Shown: positions 26,637 to 36,871, numbered from the stretch's first letter. The stretch: DNA of 64,000 nt from Gemmatimonadales bacterium (GCA_039794085.1 JBDIWC010000005.1:60793-124792), one strand, 5' to 3'. Numbers and translations are program-made. Notes: generated by a model from the letters alone, not told the origin.

Positions 26637-29018
26637 ATGCCGTCCATTCCGGAAATCCTGGAGACGATGAGCTACGGACCCGCACCCGAGGCCCCGGGAA
26701 AGGCCCTCGCCTGGCTCGACGCCCACCAGCGCCGCTTCGGCCACCTCATTGACGGTGCCGACTCTCCACCCGCCTCCGGCACCTGGTTCGAGACCCGCAA
26801 TCCCGCCACGAACGACCTCCTCGCCGAGGTGGCACAGGGAGACGACGCGGACGTGGACCGGGCGGTGGCGGCGGCCCGGCGGGCCCAACCTGAGTGGTGG
26901 GCCCTCGGTGGGCACGGCAGAGCGCGCCATCTCTACGCGCTCGCTCGGCGGGTGCAGAAGCAGAGCCGCCTCCTCGCGGTGGTGGAGAGCCTGGACAACG
27001 GCAAGCCGATCCGGGAGTCCCGCGACATCGACATCCCCCTCGTGGCCCGTCACTTCTACCACCACGCGGGGTGGGCCCAGTTGATGGAGGAGGCACTTCC
27101 CGGTACCGCGCCGGTGGGCGTGGTGGGGCAGATCATCCCCTGGAACTTCCCGCTGCTGATGTTGTCGTGGAAGATCGCCCCCGCGCTCGCCATGGGGAAC
27201 ACGGTGGTGCTCAAGCCGGCGGAGTACACCCCGCTCACGGCCCTTCTCTTCGGTGAATTGTGCCGCGAGGCTGGTCTCCCCGCGGGCGTGGTGAACATTG
27301 TGACGGGAGACGGGCGGACCGGCGCGGCGCTGGTGGAGCATCCCGGGGTGGACAAGATCGCGTTCACCGGATCAACCGAGGTCGGCCGCCAGATCCGCGT
27401 CGCCACCGCGGGGAGCGGCAAGAAGCTCTCGCTGGAACTGGGCGGAAAATCCCCCTTCATTGTTTTTGAGGACGCCGATCTCGACAGCGTGGTGGAGGGA
27501 GTGGTCGACGCGATCTGGTTCAACCAGGGACAGGTCTGCTGCGCCGGTTCACGCATCCTGGTCCAGGAAGGCGTGGCGACTCGGCTTGTCGATCGGCTCA
27601 AGGCCCGGATGGAGACGCTCCGCGTGGGGAACTCCCTCGACAAGAGCATCGACATCGGGGCCATTGTGGCGCCGGTACAGCTGGAGCGGATCACCACGCT
27701 GGTGGAACAGGGCGTGAGCGAGGGGGCCACCCTGTGGCAGCCGTCGTGGAGCTGCCCCACCGAGGGCCTCTTCTATCCGCCCACGTTGTTTACCGGGGTC
27801 TCTCCCGCGGCCACGATTGCGCAGGAGGAGATCTTCGGGCCGGTGGTGGTGCTCATGACCTTCCGCACCCCCGCCGAGGCGGTGGAGATCGCCAACAACA
27901 CGCGGTATGGGCTCGCGGCGAGCGTATGGACCGAGAACATCGGTGTCGCCCTCGACATCGCGCCACAGGTGAAGGCGGGCACGGTGTGGATCAACTGCAC
28001 CAACGTGTTCGATGCCGCATCGGGCTTTGGCGGATACCGCGAGAGCGGGTTCGGGCGGGAAGGGGGGAAGGAGGGACTCTGGGAGTATGTGAAGGTGGTC
28101 CGGCCCACGGTGTCACCAGCGTCACAGGTCAATCCGGGGGAGCCACCACCGGTGTCGGAGACAGATGGTCTCCCCGAGATCGATCGCACCCCGAAGCTCT
28201 ACATCGGCGGGAAACAGATGCGGCCCGACTCGGGCTACAGCGTGCCCGTGGTGGATGCCTGGGGGCGCACGGTGGGCGAGGTGGGGGCGGGGAACCGGAA
28301 GGACATCCGGAACGCGGTGGAGGCGGCCCGCAAGGGGGCAGGGTGGGCCCGCAGCACGTCGCACCTCCGGGCGCAGGTCCTCTACTACATCGGGGAGAAC
28401 CTCTCCGCTCGGCGGGTCGAGTTTGCCCAGTCGCTCGGCCGGCATTGCGGAGTGATGGCGGACGCGGAGCGTGAGGTGGCGCTGGCGGTGGAACGGTGCT
28501 TCCGGTACGCCGCCTGGGCCGACAAGTACGACGGTGCCGTGCACCACACGCCGTTCCGCAACGTCACCCTGGCCATGCCGGAACCGATCGGTGTCATGGG
28601 ACTGGTCTGCGGCGACGAGGCTCCGCTGCTCGGATTCCTCTCCCTCGTACTCCCGGCCATCGCCATGGGAAACACCGTGGTGGCCGTGCCCTCCGAGGCG
28701 TGGCCCCTCGCGGCTATCGATTGCTATCAGGTGTTCGACACCTCGGATCTCCCGGGGGGTGTGGTGAACATCGTCACCGGGAGCCGGGAGGAGCTGGCTC
28801 AGGTGCTCGCCGCCCACGACGACGTGGATGGGATCTGGTACCACGGGAGTGCCGAGGGAAGCGCCGACGTGGAGCGGCTCTCGGCGGGGAATATGAAGCG
28901 GACCTGGGTCACTCGCGGCATCCCGCGCCAATGGACCGACCCGCGGGACGGCGGCGGCGAGGAGTTCCTCCGCGAGGCGACCCAGGTGAAGAACATCTGG
29001 GTGCCGTACGGGGCGTAG
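26637..29018 (+). CDS. Aldehyde dehydrogenase, long ALDH16-type
   Basis: PWNFPL, FTGSTEVG, LELGGK, GQVCCAG, EEIFGP, followed by a second partial ALDH domain. Confidence 0.93.
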   Translation: MPSIPEILETMSYGPAPEAPGKALAWLDAHQRRFGHLIDGADSPPASGTWFETRNPATNDLLAEVAQGDDADVDRAVAAARRAQPEWWALGGHGRARHLYALARRVQKQSRLLAVVESLDNGKPIRESRDIDIPLVARHFYHHAGWAQLMEEALPGTAPVGVVGQIIPWNFPLLMLSWKIAPALAMGNTVVLKPAEYTPLTALLFGELCREAGLPAGVVNIVTGDGRTGAALVEHPGVDKIAFTGSTEVGRQIRVATAGSGKKLSLELGGKSPFIVFEDADLDSVVEGVVDAIWFNQGQVCCAGSRILVQEGVATRLVDRLKARMETLRVGNSLDKSIDIGAIVAPVQLERITTLVEQGVSEGATLWQPSWSCPTEGLFYPPTLFTGVSPAATIAQEEIFGPVVVLMTFRTPAEAVEIANNTRYGLAASVWTENIGVALDIAPQVKAGTVWINCTNVFDAASGFGGYRESGFGREGGKEGLWEYVKVVRPTVSPASQVNPGEPPPVSETDGLPEIDRTPKLYIGGKQMRPDSGYSVPVVDAWGRTVGEVGAGNRKDIRNAVEAARKGAGWARSTSHLRAQVLYYIGENLSARRVEFAQSLGRHCGVMADAEREVALAVERCFRYAAWADKYDGAVHHTPFRNVTLAMPEPIGVMGLVCGDEAPLLGFLSLVLPAIAMGNTVVAVPSEAWPLAAIDCYQVFDTSDLPGGVVNIVTGSREELAQVLAAHDDVDGIWYHGSAEGSADVERLSAGNMKRTWVTRGIPRQWTDPRDGGGEEFLREATQVKNIWVPYGA

Positions 29019-29045
29019 CCCTCACCCCTGTCCCCTCCCCCAAAT

Positions 29046-29080
29046 CAATGAACAATGAACAATGAACAATGACCAATGAA
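29046..29080 (+). repeat. (CAATGAM) heptamer tandem repeat
   Basis: Five units after the ALDH stop. Confidence 0.85.
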
Positions 29081-29119
29081 TGCGTCTTGCGACCTCGGGG
29101 CAGTTTCGTTCGGGATGAC

Positions 29120-29254
29120 GGTCCTGGAACTTCAGGTGCCGTTCCCCTCTCCCATTGTATGGGAGAGGGGACAGGGGTGAGGGCTGAAGGTCCTGGAACC
29201 CCAGGTGCCGTTCCCCTCTCCCATTTTATGGGAGAGGGGACAGGGGTGAGGGCT
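29120..29254. repeat. Two tandem ~69-bp REP-like units with a CCCCTCTCCC...GGGAGAGGGG hairpin
   Basis: Near-identical units; related hairpins at ~34838-34865 and ~60355-60381, and an inverted half-copy at ~29019. Confidence 0.85.
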
Positions 29255-29259
29255 AACTT

Positions 29260-30159
29260 TCAGGGCTTTTCCAGCACAATCCGGAAGTGATCCAGCAGCT
29301 CCCGTTCGAAGCAGACCGTGTTGGCGCTCACGCCCGACGCAAAGGCGAACCGGAAGTCGGCGCTCAGGAGGTAGCGGGGGAGCAGGGAGAGCTTCATCAT
29401 CGTCTTCTTGAACGACGGCTCGGCGAAGCGCTTCCGCCACTGCTTGATCGTCTCGATGTAGTCGAGCCGGCCGCTGCTCTGCGACACCACGCGGAAGTGG
29501 GGCGCGGCGGTCTTTTCCAGTTGTTCAAACCCGTACGGCAGCCACGACCCGGGAAACTGCTTCCCCATCAGCGCCAGGTACCAGGCGTCCGAGTCGCGTG
29601 GGGCGGTGATGTCCAGGGTGTCGACCGGGAGCATGTTCCGGCCGAACACCATCGTCTGCAGGAAGAAGCGTCCCCCCGAGGGGAGAAGCGAGGCCATCCG
29701 GCGGAAAATGTCTCCGTAGATCTCCTCCTGCTTCCCGGCCCGGTACTCCTCCGGAGAGCAGAAGTGTTCCCAGGCGCCGAGACTGATGATGGCGTCGAAC
29801 TTTCCGAAGGTCTCGGGTGTGATGGTCCGGCCATCGAGAATGTGCACCGTGAGTCCATTGCGCCGACATGCCTCCGCCTGGCCGGTCGACAGCGTGACCC
29901 CGATCCCCTCGGCGCCGCGGTCGCGGATGGCCCGGAGCCCGGGGCCCCAGCCGCAGCCGAAGTCGAGCACCCGCTTGCCGGGGCCGATGCCGAGTGATTC
30001 CGCGATGAAGGCGTGCTTGCGGGCCTGCGCCTCCTCCAGGGAGAGGGAGAAGTCACCGTCGTACTTCGCTCCGCTGAAGTCGGCCATCTCGCCGAGGCTC
30101 AGACGGAAGATTCGATCGATCAGCGAATAGGTGAACTCGAGATCACGCTGGGTGGCCAT
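29260..30159 (-). CDS. Cyclopropane-fatty-acyl-phospholipid synthase-like SAM methyltransferase
   Basis: SLEEAQARK, VLDFGCGWG, GVTLS, FDAIISLGAWEH. Confidence 0.85.
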   Translation of the reverse strand: MATQRDLEFTYSLIDRIFRLSLGEMADFSGAKYDGDFSLSLEEAQARKHAFIAESLGIGPGKRVLDFGCGWGPGLRAIRDRGAEGIGVTLSTGQAEACRRNGLTVHILDGRTITPETFGKFDAIISLGAWEHFCSPEEYRAGKQEEIYGDIFRRMASLLPSGGRFFLQTMVFGRNMLPVDTLDITAPRDSDAWYLALMGKQFPGSWLPYGFEQLEKTAAPHFRVVSQSSGRLDYIETIKQWRKRFAEPSFKKTMMKLSLLPRYLLSADFRFAFASGVSANTVCFERELLDHFRIVLEKP

Positions 30160-30253
30160 GCGGTTCCTTGAGAAGGGACGCCGGGGAAACGTGCCGGTCG
30201 GTGAAATGGATCCTTCGGGCAATCAGGAAAGATAGCCGGGGCAGCCCCATCCG

Positions 30254-31570
30254 TCAGGCGTCGGCGGCCTTCCGGGCCGCGATGGCATTCGCCTCGTTCA
30301 CCGACAGGAGGAGGGCGCCGCCGATCAGGAAGAAGAGGAGCACCGTGGCCACCCCGGCCCGCTGGGTGTGGAAGGCTCCTGCGGCTAGGCCCAGGAGGAT
30401 CGGTCCCATGAAGGACGTCACCTTTCCGCTGAAGGCGAAGAATCCGAAGAACTCGGCCCGGTGCCGTTCGGGCACGAACCGCCCCATAAGCGAGCGGCTC
30501 GCCGACTGGTTGGGGCCCACGAAGATTCCGAGCAGGATCCCCGCGGCCCAGAGCCAGGCCTTGGTCGGGGCCAGCACCGCCATCACCGTGGCGATGCTCA
30601 GGGCCACGAGGGTCAGCAGGATCGTCTTCTTGCCCCCGATCCGGTCATCCACCACGCCGAAGACCAGTGCGCCGAGTCCCGAGGCGAGGTTGAGGGCGAT
30701 CCCGAAGAGGATCACCTCCGAGATCGGCATGCCGAAAGTGCCGGCCGCGTAGATCCCCCCGAAGGCGAAGATGGTGACGAGCCCGTCGTTGTAGACCAGC
30801 CGGGCCACCAGGAACTTGGCGATCTCCCGGTACCGGCCCACGGCGCGGAAGGTCTCGCGGAGCTGGGCCACGGCGGCTCCGAAGCGGAGGCCCGCCCCGT
30901 GGATTCGTTTTTCGGGCACCACGAAGAAGATGGGGAGACTGAAGAGGAGGTACCACCCGGCCACGAGAAGGTTTGTCGCGCGGACGTTGAATCCGTTCTC
31001 GGCGGAGATCCCGAACCACGGCACCTCGGGCTGAACAAAACCAACCAGGGCCAGGACCATGCAGAGGAGCCCGCCGGCGTATCCGAGCCCCCATCCGTAA
31101 CCCGAGACCCGTCCGATCCGGCTCTCGGAGGCGATGTCGGGGAGGAAGGCGTTGTAGAACACCATGCTCATCTCGAACGCCACGTTGGCGAGGACAAAGA
31201 GGGTGAGGGCGGTGAGGGCGGCGTGGGGAGCGCCGGGGGGAATGAACGCGAGGGCCACGGTGCCGCTCACACAGACGCCGGTGCAGAGGGCGAGCCAGAC
31301 CTTGCGGGTCCCTCCCCGGTCGGCGGCGGCGCCGAGGAGGGGGGAGGTGAGGGCCACGATGAGGGCGGAGAGGCCGACCGCGCGGGACCACCAGGTGGTG
31401 CCGGCGATCTCGTCGGGGGCCATGGCCTGGGTGAAGTAGGTGGAGTAGATGAAGGTGACGACGAGGGTGGTGAAGGCCGAGTTGGCCCAGTCGTAGAGGG
31501 CCCAGGACCAGATGACGCGAGGGTTGTCCTTGGGGGGGGGAGCGGAGGCGGCGGAAACGGGGGGAGTCAC
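30254..31570 (-). CDS. MFS transporter (UMF1/Atg22 family)
   Basis: WALYDWANSAF, FYNAFLPDI, GYGWGLGYAGG, about 12 TM. Confidence 0.9.
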   Translation of the reverse strand: MTPPVSAASAPPPKDNPRVIWSWALYDWANSAFTTLVVTFIYSTYFTQAMAPDEIAGTTWWSRAVGLSALIVALTSPLLGAAADRGGTRKVWLALCTGVCVSGTVALAFIPPGAPHAALTALTLFVLANVAFEMSMVFYNAFLPDIASESRIGRVSGYGWGLGYAGGLLCMVLALVGFVQPEVPWFGISAENGFNVRATNLLVAGWYLLFSLPIFFVVPEKRIHGAGLRFGAAVAQLRETFRAVGRYREIAKFLVARLVYNDGLVTIFAFGGIYAAGTFGMPISEVILFGIALNLASGLGALVFGVVDDRIGGKKTILLTLVALSIATVMAVLAPTKAWLWAAGILLGIFVGPNQSASRSLMGRFVPERHRAEFFGFFAFSGKVTSFMGPILLGLAAGAFHTQRAGVATVLLFFLIGGALLLSVNEANAIAARKAADA

Positions 31571-31587
31571 GCGAGGGCCTCCGGGGA

Positions 31588-31658
31588 CAATGACCAATGA
31601 CCAATGACCAATGACCAATGAACAATGAACAATGAACAGTGAACAGTGACCAATGAAC
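31588..31658 (+). repeat. (CARTGAM)x10 heptamer tandem repeat
   Basis: CAATGAC x4, CAATGAA x3, CAGTGAA, CAGTGAC, CAATGAA. Confidence 0.9.
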
Positions 31659-31787
31659 CCTGAACGGGTGTCGTGGGGACTGGAACTCTTTGCGAGCGAT
31701 GGAGTATGCGCCGAGACTGAGGGCGGCGCAAGGCAGGATGTGCGTGAACTTTGCGTCCTCGGGGAGTTATCCCGAGCCACGGGGGGC

Positions 31788-31842
31788 CGTCATCCCGAAC
31801 CGCACAAGGGCCGTCATCCCGAGGGCGAAGCCCGAGGGATCT
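31788..31842 (+). repeat. CGTC-type REP-like elements
   Basis: CGTCATCCCGA occurs twice; second copy CGTCATCCCGAGGGCGAAGCCCGAGGGATCT. Confidence 0.6.
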
Positions 31843-32007
31843 GAGGCGGTGGCGGGCGTACTTCCCGTCGTCCACCCCTGATCGCCGCAAGACATTCCAA
31901 ACGCGGTCAGTACATGGGGATCGCCCTAGATACCGTGGGTGCGTTGCTTGCGGCGCACCCAAGGCGATCTCGATTCCATCCTGTATGGCTTCCCGGTGTC
32001 CGTCCGT

Positions 32008-32061
32008 TACCCCGGGGCTCTCGCCCCGGGCTCGGCGGTGCGGCCGTTCACACGGCCGGGA
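32008..32061 (+). repeat. 54-bp inverted repeat, left copy
   Basis: Reverse complement of 34748-34801 with one mismatch; internally palindromic. Confidence 0.92.
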
Positions 32062-32236
32062 ATGCACCCGGACTCTCGCCTCATCGGGATTACCCCGCAC
32101 ACCGAGCGCCGACACTGAAACTGAGACGTTGTGACCTGGCGCACGGAGTGTAGGAGAGAGGGGCGGTAACTTTCAAAAAGGTCGAATGGGGAGAGGGGAA
32201 CGTTCGAATTCTTGGCACCTCTCAGAAACGTAACAC

Positions 32237-32265
32237 TTGACAGAAAAGTGATTACTCCGTACCGT
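32237..32265 (+). promoter_or_regulatory. sigma70-type promoter
   Basis: TTGACA-N17-TACCGT upstream of the metallopeptidase. Confidence 0.6.
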
Positions 32266-32304
32266 GGAGCACTCCCTTTACCGTGAGGTACCAAGTGCTA
32301 ACTG

Positions 32305-34193
32305 TTGCAGAGCCGCAGAGCCGCAGAGCCGCAGGATTGCCGTAAGCCGGTTCTCCGCAATGGTTTTCGTGGCGTTGTCTTCGCTGGCCTGGTGATGCTG
32401 GCCGGGTGTTCGCCGGATGCAACCGCCCCCGGAGGCACCCTTCCTCAGCAGGCCGTGGTGGCGTCGGGCAACGCCCGAGGGGTGATCACCGAGCACCCCA
32501 CCATCCCCTTCGCCGATGTCGAGATCGAGGCCGCCGGGAGCCTGAGACCGGGAGTTCCATCGTGGTCACTGCTCGCCTGGCCGGACGGGTGTCCGCCACC
32601 GAGGTCCGGTTCACTCTGGAGCGGCTCGACCTTCCCGCCGCCAGTCGTGCGGCCAATCAGGGCCGGAGCCACACGACCTTGCGGAACTGGCAGGGGGGCT
32701 TGGCGCCGACGGCTGTCACCGTCCTCGAGTCCTCCCTTACCTACGATGAGCCGGGATACTACCGGGTGCTCGCCACCGCCACCGCAGCCCCAATTGAGAA
32801 GCTCCCGGATGGAACTCATGTGCGGACCCTGGCGAGCCGAACGCTCTGGTTGTTCGTGGCCCCAGAGGGGGGCCGGCTCACCGAGGGATGGGACAGCACG
32901 GTGGTGGATCCGGCCTTCCGGTTCGAGTACGGGGCCTATGGTGTGAGGTTCCCTCGGCCCAAGCCCCGGCCGGCTGGGAAGGTGGAGGGGCTGGCCATGG
33001 GCTCCCAGGCAACGGTGCAGGGCTCGGTCAAGTACCACGACATCAAGCTCAACCAGGACATCGGGATTCGCGGGGGACAGCTATCGGTGGTCTGCTTCGG
33101 TCGGAGCAGCCCCGAGGTTTTGGAGTGGGACCTCTTCGAGGGGCCGAGTGTCAGCACGGTGTCGAGCAACGGTGACTTCACGGTGGTTTGCCCCGACGGC
33201 TTCGAATACGCCGAGGGGGAGTACGCCACGCAGGGCCTCGTGTCGGTGGGCAAGGGGAGGAACGGGTCATTGGTGGGGTCGTCCTTTGCGGCGTTCACGG
33301 GAACGACGGGGACCCTCATGCTGGTGAACAACAACACGGCGGCCAGTTCATTCTCCATCATGGAGGAGTTCGTTCCGCAGGCATTCACGAAGTTCGGCGT
33401 CTCCCGGTCGAGCATGCAGATCTGGGCCTCGGATGACAACGATTCGACGCATTCGCCGGTGTACTGCCAGCCGATCTTCCTGAATTGCCCCGGGGTCGAG
33501 ATCGTGCGCATGAACAACACCGGAGCATTTGGGGAGGATGGCGTCTTTGTGACGATGCACGAGTATGGCCATGGGTTCCAGTACGTGGCGATCGAGCCGT
33601 GGCAACTCCCGACCGGATGTCCTACTCCGCATTTCGTAGACAGCCTCACCACACTGACCTGCGCGCTCACCGAAGGATTTGCTGACTTCTTCTCGGCGTG
33701 GGTCGGCGGCAGCAAAATATTCCAAAACCCTCGGTATTCTGATGCTGAAGCGGAATTGAACCCCAGCAGGACGGCAGGTAACGGTTCGATTGTCGAGGGT
33801 GCGGTTGCAGGATTCCTCTACGACCTGGTGGACGGGCCTTCGGATCCAAACGGTCCACAGAATGAGAGCGGGACCGATGATGACCAAGTGGCATGGCCAG
33901 GCAATCTGATTGTTCAGGTATTCCAATCATGTGCCTTGCGGGATGCCTCCACGGGGATCTGGAACACGAAGCTGAGCGGGATTGACCAGTTCATCTATTG
34001 TCTCGACACCCCGGATATCTCCCCGCCGTTTGATCCACAAACAGCGCTCAATCCAGCGACTGGACAACGATACTTCGCCACCGGTCGGCTGTACAACCAG
34101 ATCACGGTGTCCGCCACGCTGCCACCGACCTGGAACAAGGCCTACTTTCGCCAGCTCTGGCTCTTCAATCTCTACAACCAGGGAGGCCTCTGA
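32305..34193 (+). pseudogene. Lipoprotein zinc metallopeptidase (gluzincin-like), frameshifted near 32557
   Basis: Lipobox LAGC in frame 32305; body in frame 32406 with HEYGH and ALTEGFADF; one extra base at GGAGTTCC^ATC joins them (LRPGVP-IVVT). Confidence 0.75.
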
Positions 34194-34633
34194 TGCTGTC
34201 GCTCAACCTGAAGCGGGATCCGGGCGGCGGAGTGCAGTGCCACCGGATCCATCCAGTCCGGACGAGAGGGATGCTTGTTGCTACGGGACTCTTGGTGGCG
34301 TGCGGAGGAAATCCAGTTGACACGCGCCTGCCCGGCCCCAACGATAACTGTTTCGGTAACTTCATAGGGCTCACGCCGTTTGCAGATACCGTTGCTGCAG
34401 GGGACTCCGTCCATGTGCTGGCACGACCCGCATCGACGTTCGCCTCCTGCTTCCCCGGGATCGCCTTTGTTGTCACCTGGGAAGTTCGCCCGGACAGTGG
34501 CGTGGCAATCGCAGCGGATTCCGACACGACTTCCTGGGCAACGGGGGTCAGGCCGGGTCAATTCGTTCTGAAGGCACGGGTGCGCGACGCTCCTGCGGCA
34601 GGTGGGTCGATGACCCTCGTCGTGGTTCCGTGA
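34193..34633 (+). CDS. Small lipoprotein with Ig-like/beta-sandwich domain (start may be 34271)
   Basis: TGATG coupling to the peptidase; lipobox LVAC; ATGVRPG and LVVVP resemble Big_2 repeats. Confidence 0.55.
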   Translation: MLSLNLKRDPGGGVQCHRIHPVRTRGMLVATGLLVACGGNPVDTRLPGPNDNCFGNFIGLTPFADTVAAGDSVHVLARPASTFASCFPGIAFVVTWEVRPDSGVAIAADSDTTSWATGVRPGQFVLKARVRDAPAAGGSMTLVVVP

Positions 34634-34747
34634 TCAGCTCTGGCCGACCCTCCGCAGGATTTCCGCTTCAGTCTGTGGGTCGCCGTGGGTGCGCCGCAAG
34701 CAAGGCCTCGACGGCTGTGTGCGGAAGATCGGATGGCACCGGGGAAA

Positions 34748-34801
34748 TCCCGGCCGTGTGAACGGCCGCACCGCCGAGCCCGGGGCGAAAGCCCCGGGGT
34801 A
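34748..34801 (-). repeat. 54-bp inverted repeat, right copy
   Basis: Pairs with 32008-32061. Confidence 0.92.
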
Positions 34802-34985
34802 TTCCCGGGGTATTTCTTTCACGCCTTCACCCCCTGACCCCTCTCCCACACAGTGGGAGAGGGGGACGACACGATGAGATCAGGCAAAGGTGCGCCGCAA
34901 GCAGCGCACCCACGAGCGAGGTCAATGATCAACGAACAGTGACAACCGACCGCTGGTCACGGGTTCGGAACCTGTCAAGGGGGTT

Positions 34986-35034
34986 ATTGATCATTGATCA
35001 TTGATCATTGATCATTGTTCATTGTTCATTGAAC
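34986..35034 (-). repeat. Heptamer tandem repeat (ATTGWWC)x7
   Basis: ATTGATC x4, ATTGTTC x2, ATTGAAC; opposite orientation to the 31588 array. Confidence 0.88.
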
Positions 35035-35073
35035 GCTGTTATTCTTCCCCGCTCACTCCACAGGCGCTCTCGT

Positions 35074-35643
35074 GTGAAGATCGGATTCATCGGGTCCCAC
35101 GGTGTCGGCAAGACCACGCTCTGCTTCGACCTGGCCGCGCGGCTCAAGCGGCTCGACCTCGCGGTGGATCTGGTCAAGGAGGTGGCCCGGAGCTGTCCCC
35201 TGCCCATCAACCGCGACACCACCATCGAGGCCCAGGCGTGGATCCTCCACACCCAGGTGGCCCGGGAGCTCGTGGCGCAACAGCAGTATGCGGTGGTGAT
35301 CTGCGACCGGTCGGTCCTCGACAACTACGCCTATCTGGTGCATGCGGCCGGTCGTCGGCCCGAGTACGAGGAGTTCGTGCGGAGTTGGGTGGGGAGCTAC
35401 GACGCCCTCTTCAAGGTGCCGATCCTGGCTCCCCCGACGTTCGACGGAACCCGCGACGTGAGCGACGTCTTCCAGCGTGCCATCGATGGCACGATCGATG
35501 ATCTCGTGGATGCGCTCGGCGTGTCCTGCCATCGCCTGAATCCCGACCGTCGTTCCGGGTGGGTGGACGAGATCCTGACGGCGCTGTCGCTTCCTCTGGA
35601 GCCGCCTCAGGCCGATCTCTTTTCGACCGGGTCCCGGGCGTAG
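35074..35643 (+). CDS. P-loop NTPase, AAA_28/NadR-kinase-like
   Basis: KIGFIGSHGVGKTTL Walker A, VICDRSVLD, DGTR. Confidence 0.8.
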   Translation: MKIGFIGSHGVGKTTLCFDLAARLKRLDLAVDLVKEVARSCPLPINRDTTIEAQAWILHTQVARELVAQQQYAVVICDRSVLDNYAYLVHAAGRRPEYEEFVRSWVGSYDALFKVPILAPPTFDGTRDVSDVFQRAIDGTIDDLVDALGVSCHRLNPDRRSGWVDEILTALSLPLEPPQADLFSTGSRA

Positions 35644-35651
35644 GAAAATTC

Positions 35652-35909
35652 TCAGGCCTTGACGTCGGCGCAGGGCTCCACGGCGTTGTTTTCCACCCAG
35701 TCACGCAGCACCGCGTCGGCTTCCTCCGCCGACTGCTCGCTGTAGGCGGGAACGGCGGGCAGCCGGCGCCCCTCGCACATCAGATACCACATCGAGGGCT
35801 CGGCCGGCTGATCGTGGCGGGGATCGGCGGGGCGGGCCTCGTAGGAGACGAAATGGAAGACGCGTCCACGAATGGACAGGCGCCGCTGCTGCGGTTTGAA
35901 CTGGGACAT
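35652..35909 (-). CDS. Hypothetical 85-aa protein
   Basis: GGAG RBS, protein-like composition (RVFHFVSYE, MWYLM). Confidence 0.6.
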   Translation of the reverse strand: MSQFKPQQRRLSIRGRVFHFVSYEARPADPRHDQPAEPSMWYLMCEGRRLPAVPAYSEQSAEEADAVLRDWVENNAVEPCADVKA

Positions 35910-35992
35910 CCGGACTCCCATGGTGAGGGCGTGCGTACCGGTCGGGTGGCCCCACGACCGGTATGTAAGGAATGATAACCTGGTTCCGCCGT

Positions 35993-36871
35993 TTACGCTG
36001 ACCTCGGGCCGGAATCGAGGCCCGACGGCTCGCGGGGAGGACGACCGAGCGGCGATCCCTCGGCCGGGAGCCGATGGGTAGAGGCCGTGAGCGTGACAGG
36101 ATCCGGATGTCGGGGACCACGACCGTCCCCCGAGGAACGCCCGCGCAGGTGGCGCCAGGCCCAGGGAGCCAGGTGTCCAACGGTCCAGCGGCATTCCCCG
36201 ATCCACCGGGACAGCCTCGAGGGGGGCGGCTGAAACGGGAGCGGGTCACTCCACGACTCCTCGGCGCCCGGCAACTCCAACGCGTGCGCCAGCGCCTGGG
36301 CGATGCGGGCGTGCCCCGCCGCGTTGGCATGCAACCGATCTTCGCTCCAGAGTCGGGGGTCGGAGGCCACCGGATGCAGCGCAAAGTCGACGAGGAGGGC
36401 CCCGGTCCGCCGGGACACCTCGCGTAGCGCAGCGTTCAGCGCGGCAATGCGCGGTGAGAGTCGCCGAGCCAGGGGCATGACCGGGGTGAGGTCGGGAAGG
36501 GTGAAGGTGAGGACGGCGGCTCCGATGTCTCGGAAGGCGAGGTGCATGCGCTCCACGTCCGCGGCTACGCGGTCCACATCGAAGTGTCGCGCCACCACGT
36601 CGTTGGTGCCGGAAAAGAGGGTGACGAGATCGGGGCGGAGAACCAGGGCCGGCCCCAGCTGTTCCTGCAGGATCTGGGCGGTGCGCCGTCCCCGCACGCC
36701 CAGGTTGGCGTAGGTCACCGTCCCCTGGGTCTCGGCGATCCGTTCGGCGAGCCGCGTGGCCCAGCCCCGGTATCCCCCGTGCCCGTCGGGGTCGTCGAGC
36801 CCCTCGGTGGAGCTGTCTCCGATCGCGACGTAGCGGTCATACCGGGGGCGAGGGCGGGGGGCATTGTTCAC
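35993..36871 (-). CDS. SGNH/GDSL hydrolase
   Basis: GDSSTEG, NLGVRG, GTND, DRLH. Confidence 0.92.
   Translation of the reverse strand: MNNAPRPRPRYDRYVAIGDSSTEGLDDPDGHGGYRGWATRLAERIAETQGTVTYANLGVRGRRTAQILQEQLGPALVLRPDLVTLFSGTNDVVARHFDVDRVAADVERMHLAFRDIGAAVLTFTLPDLTPVMPLARRLSPRIAALNAALREVSRRTGALLVDFALHPVASDPRLWSEDRLHANAAGHARIAQALAHALELPGAEESWSDPLPFQPPPSRLSRWIGECRWTVGHLAPWAWRHLRGRSSGDGRGPRHPDPVTLTASTHRLPAEGSPLGRPPREPSGLDSGPRSA

Noticed and set aside
29120..29254. CRISPR array
   Set aside because: Two tandem near-identical units with no spacer; REP-like hairpin.
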